23,925 bases of DNA from Elusimicrobiota bacterium (GTDB taxonomy: Bacteria > Elusimicrobiota > Elusimicrobia > UBA1565). Shown piece after piece: positions 7,384 to 16,875 of the stretch. Position 1 is the stretch's first letter; every line of letters begins with the position of its first letter. The position numbers and the translations under genes were made by a program. The DNA is taken from contig JBDRPD010000074.1 in the NCBI GenBank assembly GCA_043827405.1, positions 1 through 23,925 of the forward strand, given 5' to 3'. Under the pieces are notes generated by a model. The model was not told the origin of the DNA, did not search any database, and worked only from the letters and a program-made list of their open reading frames with translations.

Positions 7384-8822
7384 AGGCGGCTGCCCGGCTG
7401 CGTGAGTACCTGTCCACCTTCTGCTTCGACGACTACTATTTTCCGATGGACGGTCCGTTCCAGAACTACACCTACTTCCCGTCCGCGAGCCTCGACGAGG
7501 TCCGCGCCTGCTGGAAAAAGACGGTGCGGCTTATGCGCGCGGGCAAGGCGCCGCGCGACCTCGGCATCTATATCCATTGGCCTTTCTGCGCCGCCCGCTG
7601 CGCGTTTTGTTTCTGCAGCATGAAGACGCCGGGCTCACGCAAGGAGGTTCAGCGGCAGCTGGACGCGCTGCGGCGGGAGATGGACGCCTTCCGCGGCATC
7701 TTCGATAAGACGCTGTTCACTTCCTTATGGATCGGCGGCGGGACGCCGACCTTTATGGGAGACGCGGACCTGGACGCGCTTCTGGGGCGGGTGCGCGACA
7801 GCTTCGCGTTCACGGAGGACGCCCAGATCTACGTCGAGTCCTCTCCGGCGACGCTGACGCGGACGAAAGCCGATATTCTGGCGCGGCACGGCGTCAACCG
7901 CATTACGCTGGGCGTGCAGAGCCGCGACGCCAAGGTCCTGCGGGCAGCCGGGCGCCGGGGCCAGAGCCGCGCGGTCGTTGACCGCGCTTTCGCTCTCGCC
8001 GCCGAACGGGGGCTGTTTATCGACCTCGATCTCATGTTCGGTCTCGAAGGGCAGAGCCGGGTATCTTTTGTGCGCGATCTGGTATGGGCGCTCAAGCGGC
8101 GGCCGCAGGCGCTGCATTTGTACGCTTTTGATCCCAAGCCGCAGACCGGCTACGTGCGAGCGGGCAAGCGCCGGCTCGCCGGGGGGCGCGAACGGCTGCG
8201 CATTCTCATGGAGATCGCCGACCGGTTGGCCCGGGGGGCGGGCTACCGGATGTCGCGCCTCGACCCGGCGACGCTCATGCCTGATTGCCCCGAAGAGCGC
8301 CAGGACAGCGCGGTGCGCCGCCAAGGCGCATCGGTCATCGGCTTCGGTCCGAGCGCGATCTCGCACGCTTTCGGCGGCGCCTGGTACTGCCATCCGCTCG
8401 TAGGTCGGGGCGGGCGCGCAGGAGGCATCCCGCCCTTTCGGCTGCTGCCGTCGGGGCTCGATGAGGAGATGCGGGGCTATGCGCTGCGCAATTTGGCGCT
8501 GTTCGGGAGGATTGCAGTCAAGAACTTTTACTCCCGTTTCGGCGTCGAGCCGCTGCGTGCCCGGGGAGTGGGCGGCGCACTGCAGGAGCTCGCGGCATCC
8601 GGCCGGCTGCGCGTTGACCGCAAGAGCATCGTCTACGCGGGCCGGGATCCGGTGGAGCGCGGGATAACGCTCAAGCGTCTCTATAGCCCGCGCCTGCTGG
8701 GTGCGCTGATGCGTGGGCGGCGGCGGGAGTTCACGGCCTATGCCAAGGGCCGCAACGGCGCCGCGGCAATCGCCGACAAGATGGAGGACCGGTCTCTGTT
8801 TCGGGCCTACTTCCGCCCATGA
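7380..8822 (+). CDS. HemN-like radical SAM protein, paralogue 2
   Basis: 480 aa. Motifs GIYIHWPFCAARCAFCFC, GGGTPT, RITLGVQS, DLMFGLEGQS and IGFGPSAISH. ATGA overlaps on both sides. Confidence 0.88.
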   Translation: MKAAARLREYLSTFCFDDYYFPMDGPFQNYTYFPSASLDEVRACWKKTVRLMRAGKAPRDLGIYIHWPFCAARCAFCFCSMKTPGSRKEVQRQLDALRREMDAFRGIFDKTLFTSLWIGGGTPTFMGDADLDALLGRVRDSFAFTEDAQIYVESSPATLTRTKADILARHGVNRITLGVQSRDAKVLRAAGRRGQSRAVVDRAFALAAERGLFIDLDLMFGLEGQSRVSFVRDLVWALKRRPQALHLYAFDPKPQTGYVRAGKRRLAGGRERLRILMEIADRLARGAGYRMSRLDPATLMPDCPEERQDSAVRRQGASVIGFGPSAISHAFGGAWYCHPLVGRGGRAGGIPPFRLLPSGLDEEMRGYALRNLALFGRIAVKNFYSRFGVEPLRARGVGGALQELAASGRLRVDRKSIVYAGRDPVERGITLKRLYSPRLLGALMRGRRREFTAYAKGRNGAAAIADKMEDRSLFRAYFRP

Positions 8823-10345
8823 TCGATTCGGAACGCCTCTTTCGCTGTATGTTCCATGGGCTGCTGGCCCGCAGCGACGACTATCCCCCTAAAGACGGCC
8901 TGTACCAGGACTATACCTACTTCAAGCCGGCGCCGCTGGATAAGATCCGCGACGCCTGGAAAAATACGGTCCGGCTGATCCGTGACGGCAAAGCGCCGGA
9001 GAATATCATCCTCTACATCCACTGGCCGTTTTGCCCCAGCCAGTGCACCTACTGCTTTTGCAGCATGACGGTGTCGCAAAACCGCCGGGAATGGGACAAC
9101 TATACCCGGTCGCTGATGCGGGAGATGGACGCCTTCCGCGATGTGTTTAAGGGCGTCGAGCTGCACTCGGTATATTTCGGCGGCGGGACGCCGACCTATA
9201 TCACGGAGAGCCAGCTCGATGCGCTGTTTAAGCATATTCGATCCTGCTTCAAGCTGCGCCGGGGAGCGGAAATCTACTTTGAAGCCTCGCCGGCGACGCT
9301 GACGGCCAAGAAGGTCGATCTTTTGCGGCGGCACGGAGTGAACCGCATAACGCTGGGCCTGCAGACGCGCGACGACGCCGTGCTGCGCGGGGTTAACCGC
9401 AAGGGGCAGAGCAAAGAGGCGGTCGAGCGCGCCTGGAAACTGCTGGCGGGATGCCGCGGCATTATCCGCGACGTCGATTTGATGGTCGGCTTGGAGGGGC
9501 AGACCCGTATGTCCTTTTTGCAGGACCTGATTTGGTCGATTCGCAAAGGCGCCGATATTATCCATATCCAATCCTTCGACCCGCGCGCCCAGACGTTGTT
9601 CTCACGCAAGCGCAAGCGTAAGGATGCCGATTACTGGCGGGTGATGGCGAAGACCGTCGAGATCGCCGAGGGCGTGCTCAAGACCGCCGGCTACGGCATG
9701 ACGCATTACGATTTGCAGCGAGGGGTCGGTACCAGCGAGGAGAAGATCCTGTCGGACGATCCGTTCGAGCTGTCGTCGGTGCTCGCGCTCGGCAAGCACG
9801 GCAAGGCGCATGCTTTCGGCAGCGCCTGGTACCAGCACCCGCCGGTCCGGGCCGGGGGCTTCCGTTCCGACCGCATCCCGCCGTTCCAGTATATCCCGGC
9901 CGATCTTGATGAGGAGATGCGCTGCTACGTCATCCGCAGCTTGTGTTTGCATGAACGCGTGAACCTGCCGGCGTTTCGCCGCCTCTTCGGCCGGGAGCTT
10001 AACGAAGATGTAGAGGTCTACCGGCCGCTGCTCGAGCTCGCCCAATGGGGCAAGGTGCGGCTGGGGACGTCCGAGATCCGCCTGGCGTCGCGCACTCCCC
10101 TGGAGCGGCTTATCTGGCTTAAGCATCTGTATCACGAGTCGGTGCTCAACGACGTGATCGCCAAGCACCGCGGCCGGTTTGCGGAATTTAAGCGCGCCTA
10201 TAAGCGCGATCCTGAAAACACGCTCCGGCAACTGCGTACCAAGGCCGAAGCGCGGACCTATCACCTGGTTTACTACCAAGGGTTTGGCGGCGGGCGGCGG
10301 CGTCTGCCGACGGAGAATGAGACCCGGCAGCTGGCGGCGCTGTGA
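8819..10345 (+). CDS. HemN-like radical SAM protein, paralogue 3
   Basis: 508 aa. Motifs LYIHWPFCPSQCTYCFC, YFGGGTPT, RITLGLQT and DLMVGLEGQT. Confidence 0.88.
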   Translation: MIDSERLFRCMFHGLLARSDDYPPKDGLYQDYTYFKPAPLDKIRDAWKNTVRLIRDGKAPENIILYIHWPFCPSQCTYCFCSMTVSQNRREWDNYTRSLMREMDAFRDVFKGVELHSVYFGGGTPTYITESQLDALFKHIRSCFKLRRGAEIYFEASPATLTAKKVDLLRRHGVNRITLGLQTRDDAVLRGVNRKGQSKEAVERAWKLLAGCRGIIRDVDLMVGLEGQTRMSFLQDLIWSIRKGADIIHIQSFDPRAQTLFSRKRKRKDADYWRVMAKTVEIAEGVLKTAGYGMTHYDLQRGVGTSEEKILSDDPFELSSVLALGKHGKAHAFGSAWYQHPPVRAGGFRSDRIPPFQYIPADLDEEMRCYVIRSLCLHERVNLPAFRRLFGRELNEDVEVYRPLLELAQWGKVRLGTSEIRLASRTPLERLIWLKHLYHESVLNDVIAKHRGRFAEFKRAYKRDPENTLRQLRTKAEARTYHLVYYQGFGGGRRRLPTENETRQLAAL

Positions 10346-11310
10346 TGGATATGAAGAAAGCACCGGCCATCGAGCGGCTCGAACTCCACGTCGTCTACCA
10401 GTGCGTCAACGACTGCGTGTTCTGCAGCGAGCGCGACCATATGCGCGAGTTCTCCGCGCATCCGGCGACCATGGCGGAGATCGAGGAGCTGCTCGAGCGC
10501 AAGCGCGGCGCGGGGTGCCGGCATGTGACGTTTACCGGCGGCGAGCCGACGCTGTTTCCGAAGATTTGGCGGGCGTTCGAGAAGGCCAAGGCGCTCGGCT
10601 ACCGGACCTTTCTGGTTACCAACGGCTCGGCGCTGGCGCTGGACGATTTCGCGGCGGCGGCGCTGCCGCACCTCGATGAGATATGCCTGTCGCTGCACGG
10701 TCCCGATGCCGCGGCGCATGAGGGATTAACGCGCAACCCCAAATCGTTCGCGCGGCTGGAGCGGGCGTTCGCTAATATTCAAAGCCATCCGGGGCCGCAC
10801 TTTCTCATGATCAACTGCGTCGTGAACCGGGAGAATGTGAATCAGCTCGCCGGCATCCTGCGCTTTGCGGCCGGCTGCGGCAAGCTGCGCCAGGCTCTAT
10901 TCTCCTATCCCGCCCCTCTCGGGGCCGCCCGGGAGCGCTACGCGGAGCTGGCGCCGCGGCTCGGCGAACTGAGCGCGCGGCTGCCCGAGCTTGTTCGAAT
11001 CGCCGCGGAGAAGGATGTCGTGCTCCGCATCGGCGGCGTGCCGGCCTGCGCGCTCGGCGAGCGCTGGGAGTGCTCAGACGATCTGTATTTCAGCCCCCGG
11101 CTCACCGTATCGCGAACCAAGACGGCGGACGGCGGCGTCGGCTGGTTTGAGGAGGAAGAGCGGCGCCCCGGGCGCGAGCGCTTCCATCCCGCCGGCTGCG
11201 GACCCTGCTCGCTGCGCGGGCGCTGCGGCGGCGTGTATAAGGCATACTGGGATAAGATCGAGCAGGTCGAGCTGAAGCCGTTCGCCGGCGAGGGTGCATG
11301 CCGCTCCTAG
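10342..11310 (+). CDS. HxsC-like radical SAM protein with a C-terminal Cys cluster
   Basis: Motifs CVNDCVFC, FTGGEPTL, TNG, SLHG...HEGLT, GVPAC and CGPCSLRGRCGGVYKAY. The start may be 10342, 10345 or 10351. Confidence 0.85.
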   Translation: MMDMKKAPAIERLELHVVYQCVNDCVFCSERDHMREFSAHPATMAEIEELLERKRGAGCRHVTFTGGEPTLFPKIWRAFEKAKALGYRTFLVTNGSALALDDFAAAALPHLDEICLSLHGPDAAAHEGLTRNPKSFARLERAFANIQSHPGPHFLMINCVVNRENVNQLAGILRFAAGCGKLRQALFSYPAPLGAARERYAELAPRLGELSARLPELVRIAAEKDVVLRIGGVPACALGERWECSDDLYFSPRLTVSRTKTADGGVGWFEEEERRPGRERFHPAGCGPCSLRGRCGGVYKAYWDKIEQVELKPFAGEGACRS

Positions 11311-13697
11311 AGGACGATCTCACGTATTTTGAGAACGCGGCGGACCGTTTCGGCGATCCTGAATATGATCTGTTGGAAATGTACTTTCGCATCTCCCGGG
11401 CCGGCGACCGCGAGCGCTGGGATGCTCTCGAGGTGCGCAAGTTCTGGAGCCGCTGGTCCCGCGCGGCCCAAGACGGCAGCGGACCTGAGCTGCTGAACCT
11501 CTACGTGCATGTCCCGTTCTGCAAGCGCAAGTGCGCCTACTGCCATCATTATTCACGTGAGAGCTACGTTGCCGCGGACGTGGCGGGCTACCTGACAGCC
11601 CTGCGCAGCCAGATCCAATACTTTTCCGCCCCGCTGCGCGGACGGACCGTGCGCAACCTCAGCATCGGCGGCGGTACGCCCAGCGTTCTGAGCGCGCCGC
11701 AGCTGACGGCTCTGCTGGCGGACCTCAACCGAGAGTTCGCGTTCCATCCCGACGGCGAGCGCGTCTGCGAGCTTAATCCGGCGAGCGTGTCGGCCGCCAA
11801 GCTTGATGCCCTGGAGCGGGGCGGCATCAACCGCATCAGTCTCGGCGTGCAGTCGCTCGATGCGGGCGTGCTCCGCGCGTCGCGGCGGGAGGCGGCGGCC
11901 GAGAAACGGGTGCTGCGCGCGATTGAAGACTGCGCGCGGCGCGGCTTTACCCGCGGGGTTCATGTCGACCTTCTTATGGGTCTCGACGGGGACACCCCGG
12001 AGACCTTTCGCCGGACCTTTAAGCGTCTTCTGGGTGCCCAGCCGGACGGGATATTCGTTAACTCGCTGCGTCCGACCAGTGCGTATCTTAAAAGCCGCTT
12101 CGGCGGGAACCTGCAGGCGTTCGCGCGGCATTTCGCGCCGTTTGCCGCGGTCGCGGCGGCGCTGGGCAAGGCCGCCGGCAAGGCGGGTTACGACGCCGTG
12201 CACGGCGCCGCCGACCGGGAGCTGATTTTCGTCCGGCGGGGATGCGGTCAGGACTGGAGCGACGAGCTCAATGTCTACTACGAGCATTCGGCGGAGCCGT
12301 TTTCCGTGCTGGGTCTGGGCGCCAGCGCGCAGTCGCATGTCTATGGAAGCTGCCATTATATGCAGGACGCGCCGGAGGCGGGGAGGTTCGAGCCCGCGGC
12401 CCAGGCTTACCATGGGCTGCGCTTCACCATCCGCGATGAGATGCTCAAACATGTCTTTACCAAGCTGCGGCAGAGGGCCGGGATCAGCGCCAAGGAGTTC
12501 GCGGCCAAGTTCGGGCGGCCGTTTGCCGAGGAGTTTCGCGAGGCGATCGCCAACGGCAAGGCACGGGGCCTGCTGCAGGCGCGCGGCGGCGTCTATCGCC
12601 TGCGGGAAGTGCCGGCGCGCGAGGAGTTCATCTGCGGCTTATACTTCGCCGGCCGCGGGGCGGTGGCACGCGCTCTGGGCGAGGACGGCGAACGCGCGGC
12701 GGTCGCCAGAGAGGTGAAGAATCTCGAGCTGAATCTCGGCATGGCCTGCAATAACCGCTGTCTGTTCTGCATGAGCGGACAGGTCAAGCCGGATATGCGC
12801 CTGTGGATGCCGCTGGAGCGGGCGCAGCGCGAGCTGCTGCACTTCTACAACGCCGGCTGCCGTTCGGTGGGCTTTCTGGGCGGCGAGCCGAGCGCCTATC
12901 CGCAGATTATCGAGTGCGTGCGCTATGCGAAGTCGCTCGGCTACCGGCGCATCGCCCTGTGCTCCAACGGTACCAAGTTTTCCGATCACCGGTTTACCGA
13001 CGCCCTGGTCGCCGCCGGCATGACGCGGGTGACGGTTTCGATCCACAGCCACCGGCCCGCGGTCGAGGACAAGCTGACCGAGCTTCCGGGAAATTTCGCG
13101 CGCAAGCTTAAGGGCTTGCGCCACCTGCGGGTGCTGCGCGAGCAGGGCCGGCTGCCGGACAACGTCTCGCTCAACCCGGTCCTCAACGCCCGCACCGTGC
13201 CGCATATGCGGGAATATATCGAGTTTTTCCGCCGGGAAGGCTTCGACGATATACGTTTTAACTACATTTGGCCGCAGGCGCGGGTGGAAAATGACCGCAG
13301 CATCGTCCCCCGCTTCCGGAACGCGATGCCGATGATTCTGCGCGTCCTGCTGCTTAACGAAGCCCAGTGGAAGATGCATATAACGTTCGGCGGCTTGCCG
13401 CCCTGCATGCTGCGCTGGGGCGGAAAGGATTTGTCTCCGGAGATGACGGACTATCTCGCCGTGCGCTACCTGCTTGAACTGGACGACCCTCCGACGCAGA
13501 CCAGCCTGCAGGGCCGCGAGCGCTTCGCCTGGAACACCCGCAAAGGACGCAAGCGCAATATGCTCAAGACCCATGCGCCGGGCTGCGAGCGCTGCCCGTA
13601 CTTCGCCGCCTGCGAGGGCGTGTGGAAAACCTATGCGGCGATGTACGGGCTCACGGAGATCGTGCCGCCGCGGCGGAAAGCGGGAGCGGCCGTATGA
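11298..13697 (+). CDS. Two-domain radical SAM fusion: N-terminal HemN-like plus C-terminal HxsC-like
   Basis: 799 aa. Domain 1 has LYVHVPFCKRKCAYC (Cys motif at 11520-11543), GGGTPS and RISLGVQS. Domain 2 has CNNRCLFC (12747-12770), LGGEPS, SNG, SIHS, GLPPC and CERCPYFAACEGVWKTY. Confidence 0.88.
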   Translation: MPLLEDDLTYFENAADRFGDPEYDLLEMYFRISRAGDRERWDALEVRKFWSRWSRAAQDGSGPELLNLYVHVPFCKRKCAYCHHYSRESYVAADVAGYLTALRSQIQYFSAPLRGRTVRNLSIGGGTPSVLSAPQLTALLADLNREFAFHPDGERVCELNPASVSAAKLDALERGGINRISLGVQSLDAGVLRASRREAAAEKRVLRAIEDCARRGFTRGVHVDLLMGLDGDTPETFRRTFKRLLGAQPDGIFVNSLRPTSAYLKSRFGGNLQAFARHFAPFAAVAAALGKAAGKAGYDAVHGAADRELIFVRRGCGQDWSDELNVYYEHSAEPFSVLGLGASAQSHVYGSCHYMQDAPEAGRFEPAAQAYHGLRFTIRDEMLKHVFTKLRQRAGISAKEFAAKFGRPFAEEFREAIANGKARGLLQARGGVYRLREVPAREEFICGLYFAGRGAVARALGEDGERAAVAREVKNLELNLGMACNNRCLFCMSGQVKPDMRLWMPLERAQRELLHFYNAGCRSVGFLGGEPSAYPQIIECVRYAKSLGYRRIALCSNGTKFSDHRFTDALVAAGMTRVTVSIHSHRPAVEDKLTELPGNFARKLKGLRHLRVLREQGRLPDNVSLNPVLNARTVPHMREYIEFFRREGFDDIRFNYIWPQARVENDRSIVPRFRNAMPMILRVLLLNEAQWKMHITFGGLPPCMLRWGGKDLSPEMTDYLAVRYLLELDDPPTQTSLQGRERFAWNTRKGRKRNMLKTHAPGCERCPYFAACEGVWKTYAAMYGLTEIVPPRRKAGAAV

Positions 13698-15736
13698 GCG
13701 CGCCGGCCAAGGTCTCCAAGCGCGGGGTTGAGCTCTACAATGCGGGACGCTATGCCGAAGCGATCATTTGTTTTGAAAAGGAAGTGAAGGCGGGCCGCGA
13801 CGACGCCGTGACGCGGCGCTTCCTCGCGCACGCCTACGCGTCTGTGGGGCGGACCGGCGACGCGGTGCGCCAGCTGCGGGCGGCGTTTCGCCGGGGCTCG
13901 GACCCCTCGGCGGTGTTCGATGCGCTGCGCATGATCATGGGTAAGGCCTCGCGTTTCGGCGAGACCGAGGAGAACCTGATGTGCGCGCTGGAAAAGGCGC
14001 CAAGCTCCGCCGGGATGCGCCTCGCGCTTGGCGGGCTTCATCTCGAGCAGGGTCGTCTGCGGCAGGCGGAAGTGAACCTGCGCGCGGCGCTGCGGCATGA
14101 TCCCCGATCCGAGCAGGCGCTGTTGATGCTTGGGCGCCTGCTGGAGGCGCGGGGCATGGATAAGGAGGCGGAAAAGATTTACCGGAAAGTGGATTCGGCC
14201 GAAGCGCGGCTGAAGCTGGGCGAGCTCTATCTGCGCCGCGGCCGTCTGGAGGAGGCCGAAAGGACGCTGCGGCAGGGCGCCCAGTCAACGACCGCGCTGC
14301 TGCTTTTGGGACGGGTTTTGGAAGCCCGCGGCGACGGCCGCGCCGCTGAGAAGCGCTACCGGAAGGCGCTCGAACTGGCTCCCGATTTGCCTGAGCCGAG
14401 GCAGCGTCTGGGCGAGCTCTATCTGCACCAGGGAAAGCATGAGCGGGCGGAAGAACTGCTGCGCCAAACCGCGGGCGCGCAAGCGGCTCTGCTGCTGGCG
14501 GAGATGCAGATCGGACAGGGAAAGCCGGCGGCAGCGGAGAAGACTTTGCTGGCGGATCTGCGCCGGCGCCCGAACGACCCGCGGCTCCTGTCCAAGCTCG
14601 GCTGGCTGTATCATCAAATGGAGCGGCCGGCCGATTTTCGCGCGGTCTTTAAGCGCTTTCTCGCCGCCGCTGACCAGGGGCATCCGCACCGGTTTCTGGC
14701 CCGAGTGGCCATCGAGGACTACAAGGGAGCGCTGCGCGAGGCGGAGCAGGCGCTGGCGGTCCGCAAGGCCGCGGTGGATGACCGTCTATTCCATCCCTGG
14801 GCGGATGATTGGTTCCCGCCGCGGAAGCCGGCGTTCTACGAAGGACAGCTGGAGAAGGTCGCGGCGCTGCCCGTTCCCTGGCGGCGGTTCTTCCGCGGGC
14901 TGCTGCTCGGGTATTTGGAGCGCTATCGCGAGAGCCTGTCCGAGTTCGACGGGATTTCCGCGCGTGGCGCTAAGCGCTGGGGCTGGATGCGCTACGCGCC
15001 GGGCCTGCAGCGGCTGCAGCTGCGCGACTACCCCGCCGCGGTTGAGGACCTGCGCGCGGCGCTCGCCAGCCGTCCGGATATGTGGATGGCGCGCTGCCAT
15101 CTGGCGGAAGCTTATCTATGCCTCGGCGAACCGGCCCAGGCTTTCCGCGAGTTCGCCGCGGCGGAGAAGCGCGGCGACGATGTCGCCGCGGCCAATGTGC
15201 GCGTATGGCGGGGCGAAGCGCTGCTGTGGCTCGGCCGCTGCGATGAGGCGCTGCGCGAGCTGGACCGGGAGAACCGGGACGTCTCGGCTTTCGCCTTCGC
15301 CTGGAGCGGCGCCGCGCGCATGCTGCTGGGCGATCCGGAGCGGGCGCTCGCCGATCTCAATCGGGCGGCCGCCGGCGGGGCGCATGATGCCGAAGTCTAC
15401 CTGTGGCGCGGCGAGCTGCACCGCCGCCAAGGACGCCATGCCGAAGCGCTCGTCGATTTAGACCGCTCGCTGGAGCTCGGGGGCTTGGCCTGGGCGCGGG
15501 TCAACCGGGCCTTGACCTGCGCCGCCCTGGGGCGGGACGCCGAGATGTGGCGCGACTTCGAGGCCATCCCGCACGAGGTGCTCGCGCTGGGGGCGGAGGA
15601 GCTGCCCCGCGGTCTGGACAAGCGCGGGATCGTCCGTCTGCTGGAAGCCGCCCTCGCGGCGGCCGGCGGCGTGCGCCGGCCGGAGCCGTATACGCTGGAC
15701 GCGCTCAAAGCGAAGCCCCGCCGGGGGCGCGGCTGA
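13694..15736 (+). CDS. Tetratricopeptide repeat protein (~680 aa)
   Basis: Many TPR-like units (e.g. ALLMLGRLLEARG..EAEKIYRK; RLGELYLHQGKHERAEELLR; YLWRGELHRRQGRHAEALVDLDRSLEL). I moved the start to ATG 13694 (ATGA overlap, GGGAG upstream). Confidence 0.85.
   Translation: MSAPAKVSKRGVELYNAGRYAEAIICFEKEVKAGRDDAVTRRFLAHAYASVGRTGDAVRQLRAAFRRGSDPSAVFDALRMIMGKASRFGETEENLMCALEKAPSSAGMRLALGGLHLEQGRLRQAEVNLRAALRHDPRSEQALLMLGRLLEARGMDKEAEKIYRKVDSAEARLKLGELYLRRGRLEEAERTLRQGAQSTTALLLLGRVLEARGDGRAAEKRYRKALELAPDLPEPRQRLGELYLHQGKHERAEELLRQTAGAQAALLLAEMQIGQGKPAAAEKTLLADLRRRPNDPRLLSKLGWLYHQMERPADFRAVFKRFLAAADQGHPHRFLARVAIEDYKGALREAEQALAVRKAAVDDRLFHPWADDWFPPRKPAFYEGQLEKVAALPVPWRRFFRGLLLGYLERYRESLSEFDGISARGAKRWGWMRYAPGLQRLQLRDYPAAVEDLRAALASRPDMWMARCHLAEAYLCLGEPAQAFREFAAAEKRGDDVAAANVRVWRGEALLWLGRCDEALRELDRENRDVSAFAFAWSGAARMLLGDPERALADLNRAAAGGAHDAEVYLWRGELHRRQGRHAEALVDLDRSLELGGLAWARVNRALTCAALGRDAEMWRDFEAIPHEVLALGAEELPRGLDKRGIVRLLEAALAAAGGVRRPEPYTLDALKAKPRRGRG
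14216..14426 (+). repeat. Exact 19-bp direct repeat within the TPR array
   Basis: ctgggcgagctctatctgc at 14216-14234 and 14408-14426, encoding LGELYL in both copies. Confidence 0.8.
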
Positions 15737-16875
15737 TGGAATATCAAGCGCGGCATTGGGTGCGGCTTACCGCGGCCTGCAACAATAACTGCGTGTTCTG
15801 CCTGGATGCCGCCGCCCGCATGGGCGAGATGCTTCCGTTCGCGGATATCATGGAAGAGCTGCGGCGCGGACGCGAACTCGGAATTACGCGGGTCGTCCTC
15901 AGCGGTGGCGAGCCGACCATCCATCCCCGCTTTCTCGATATCGTCGCCCAAGCGCGCGAACTCGGCTACACGCATATTCAAGCGATCTCCAACGGCCGGC
16001 GCTTCGCCGAGCCCGGGTTTATCGAACGCTGCGTTCAGTCCGGGCTGCGGGAGACGACGATATCGATGCATGGCCATACGCCGGAGCTGCATGACGGGCT
16101 GGTGCGGGTTCCGGGAGCTTTTAAGCAGAGCCTGGCGGGACTTGGAGGGGCGCTCAAGCGTTCGGAGCTCATCGTCAGCGTGGATATCGTCCTCAATAAG
16201 CAGAACATGGAGGTTATCGATGACGTGCTGTGGTTTTTCCTGCGTCTCGGCGTGCGCGAGTTTGATCTCCTGCATGTGGTTCCTTTCGCCAGCGCCTGGG
16301 ACAACTGGGAAATGCTCCGCTACGATCCCGCGGCGGTCCGCGAGCGCTTTCAGCGCGCCTTGAAGCTGGCCCGCAATATGGGCGCGGTGCTGTGGACCAA
16401 CCGTCTGCCGGCTAAATTCCTGGAGGGCTTCGAGGATTTGATCCAGGATCCGCGCAAGATCCAGGATGAGGTGCGGGGTCGCGCCGCGATGTTTCACGAG
16501 TTTCTGGCCGGCGGCAAGCTTATGGGCTGCCGCGACGAACGCTGCGGCTTTTGCTTCCTGGAAGGCTGGTGCGAGGACCTGATCCGGCTGCGGGATCGGG
16601 GACGGCTGGCGGGGCGTCCGCTGCCCAAATGCCTAAGCGCGGGCGGCGGGAAGGCCAAGCCGCCCGTGTTTCGCTGGGCCGGCGCGGCGACCGACCTCAA
16701 CGAGTGGACCCGCTTTTATATCGAGAACCGCTACCATATCAAGGGGAGCGCCTGCGGAGAGTGCGCGCATGAGCGGACTTGCGCCGGCGCGCAGATCGAC
16801 TTCATTCGCGCCCAGGGTTTTAAGGCGCTCAAGCCCGGCAAGAAAAAGAAGAGGAAAAAGACGTGTCGGAATTAG
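15736..16875 (+). CDS. HxsC-like radical SAM protein with an extra Cys-rich segment (~379 aa)
   Basis: I moved the start to ATG 15736 (TGATG overlap; MEYQARHWVRLTAACNNNCVFC). Motifs SGGEPTIHP, SNGRRF and SMHG..PELHDGL. The C-terminus has CRDERCGFCFLEGWC, PLPKC and CGECAHERTCAG. Confidence 0.85.
   Translation: MEYQARHWVRLTAACNNNCVFCLDAAARMGEMLPFADIMEELRRGRELGITRVVLSGGEPTIHPRFLDIVAQARELGYTHIQAISNGRRFAEPGFIERCVQSGLRETTISMHGHTPELHDGLVRVPGAFKQSLAGLGGALKRSELIVSVDIVLNKQNMEVIDDVLWFFLRLGVREFDLLHVVPFASAWDNWEMLRYDPAAVRERFQRALKLARNMGAVLWTNRLPAKFLEGFEDLIQDPRKIQDEVRGRAAMFHEFLAGGKLMGCRDERCGFCFLEGWCEDLIRLRDRGRLAGRPLPKCLSAGGGKAKPPVFRWAGAATDLNEWTRFYIENRYHIKGSACGECAHERTCAGAQIDFIRAQGFKALKPGKKKKRKKTCRN

Noticed and set aside
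6208..10345. hemN/hemW heme biosynthesis genes
   Set aside because: Multiple divergent copies with non-canonical motifs sit in a peptide-modification operon with no tetrapyrrole genes, so no gene symbol was assigned.
15403..15735. N-terminal extensions in the ORF track (starts at 15403, 13622, 17750, 19801, 21251 and 6190)
   Set aside because: They overlap upstream genes more extensively with implausible sequence. The downstream starts give short stop/start overlaps, most with RBS-like motifs.
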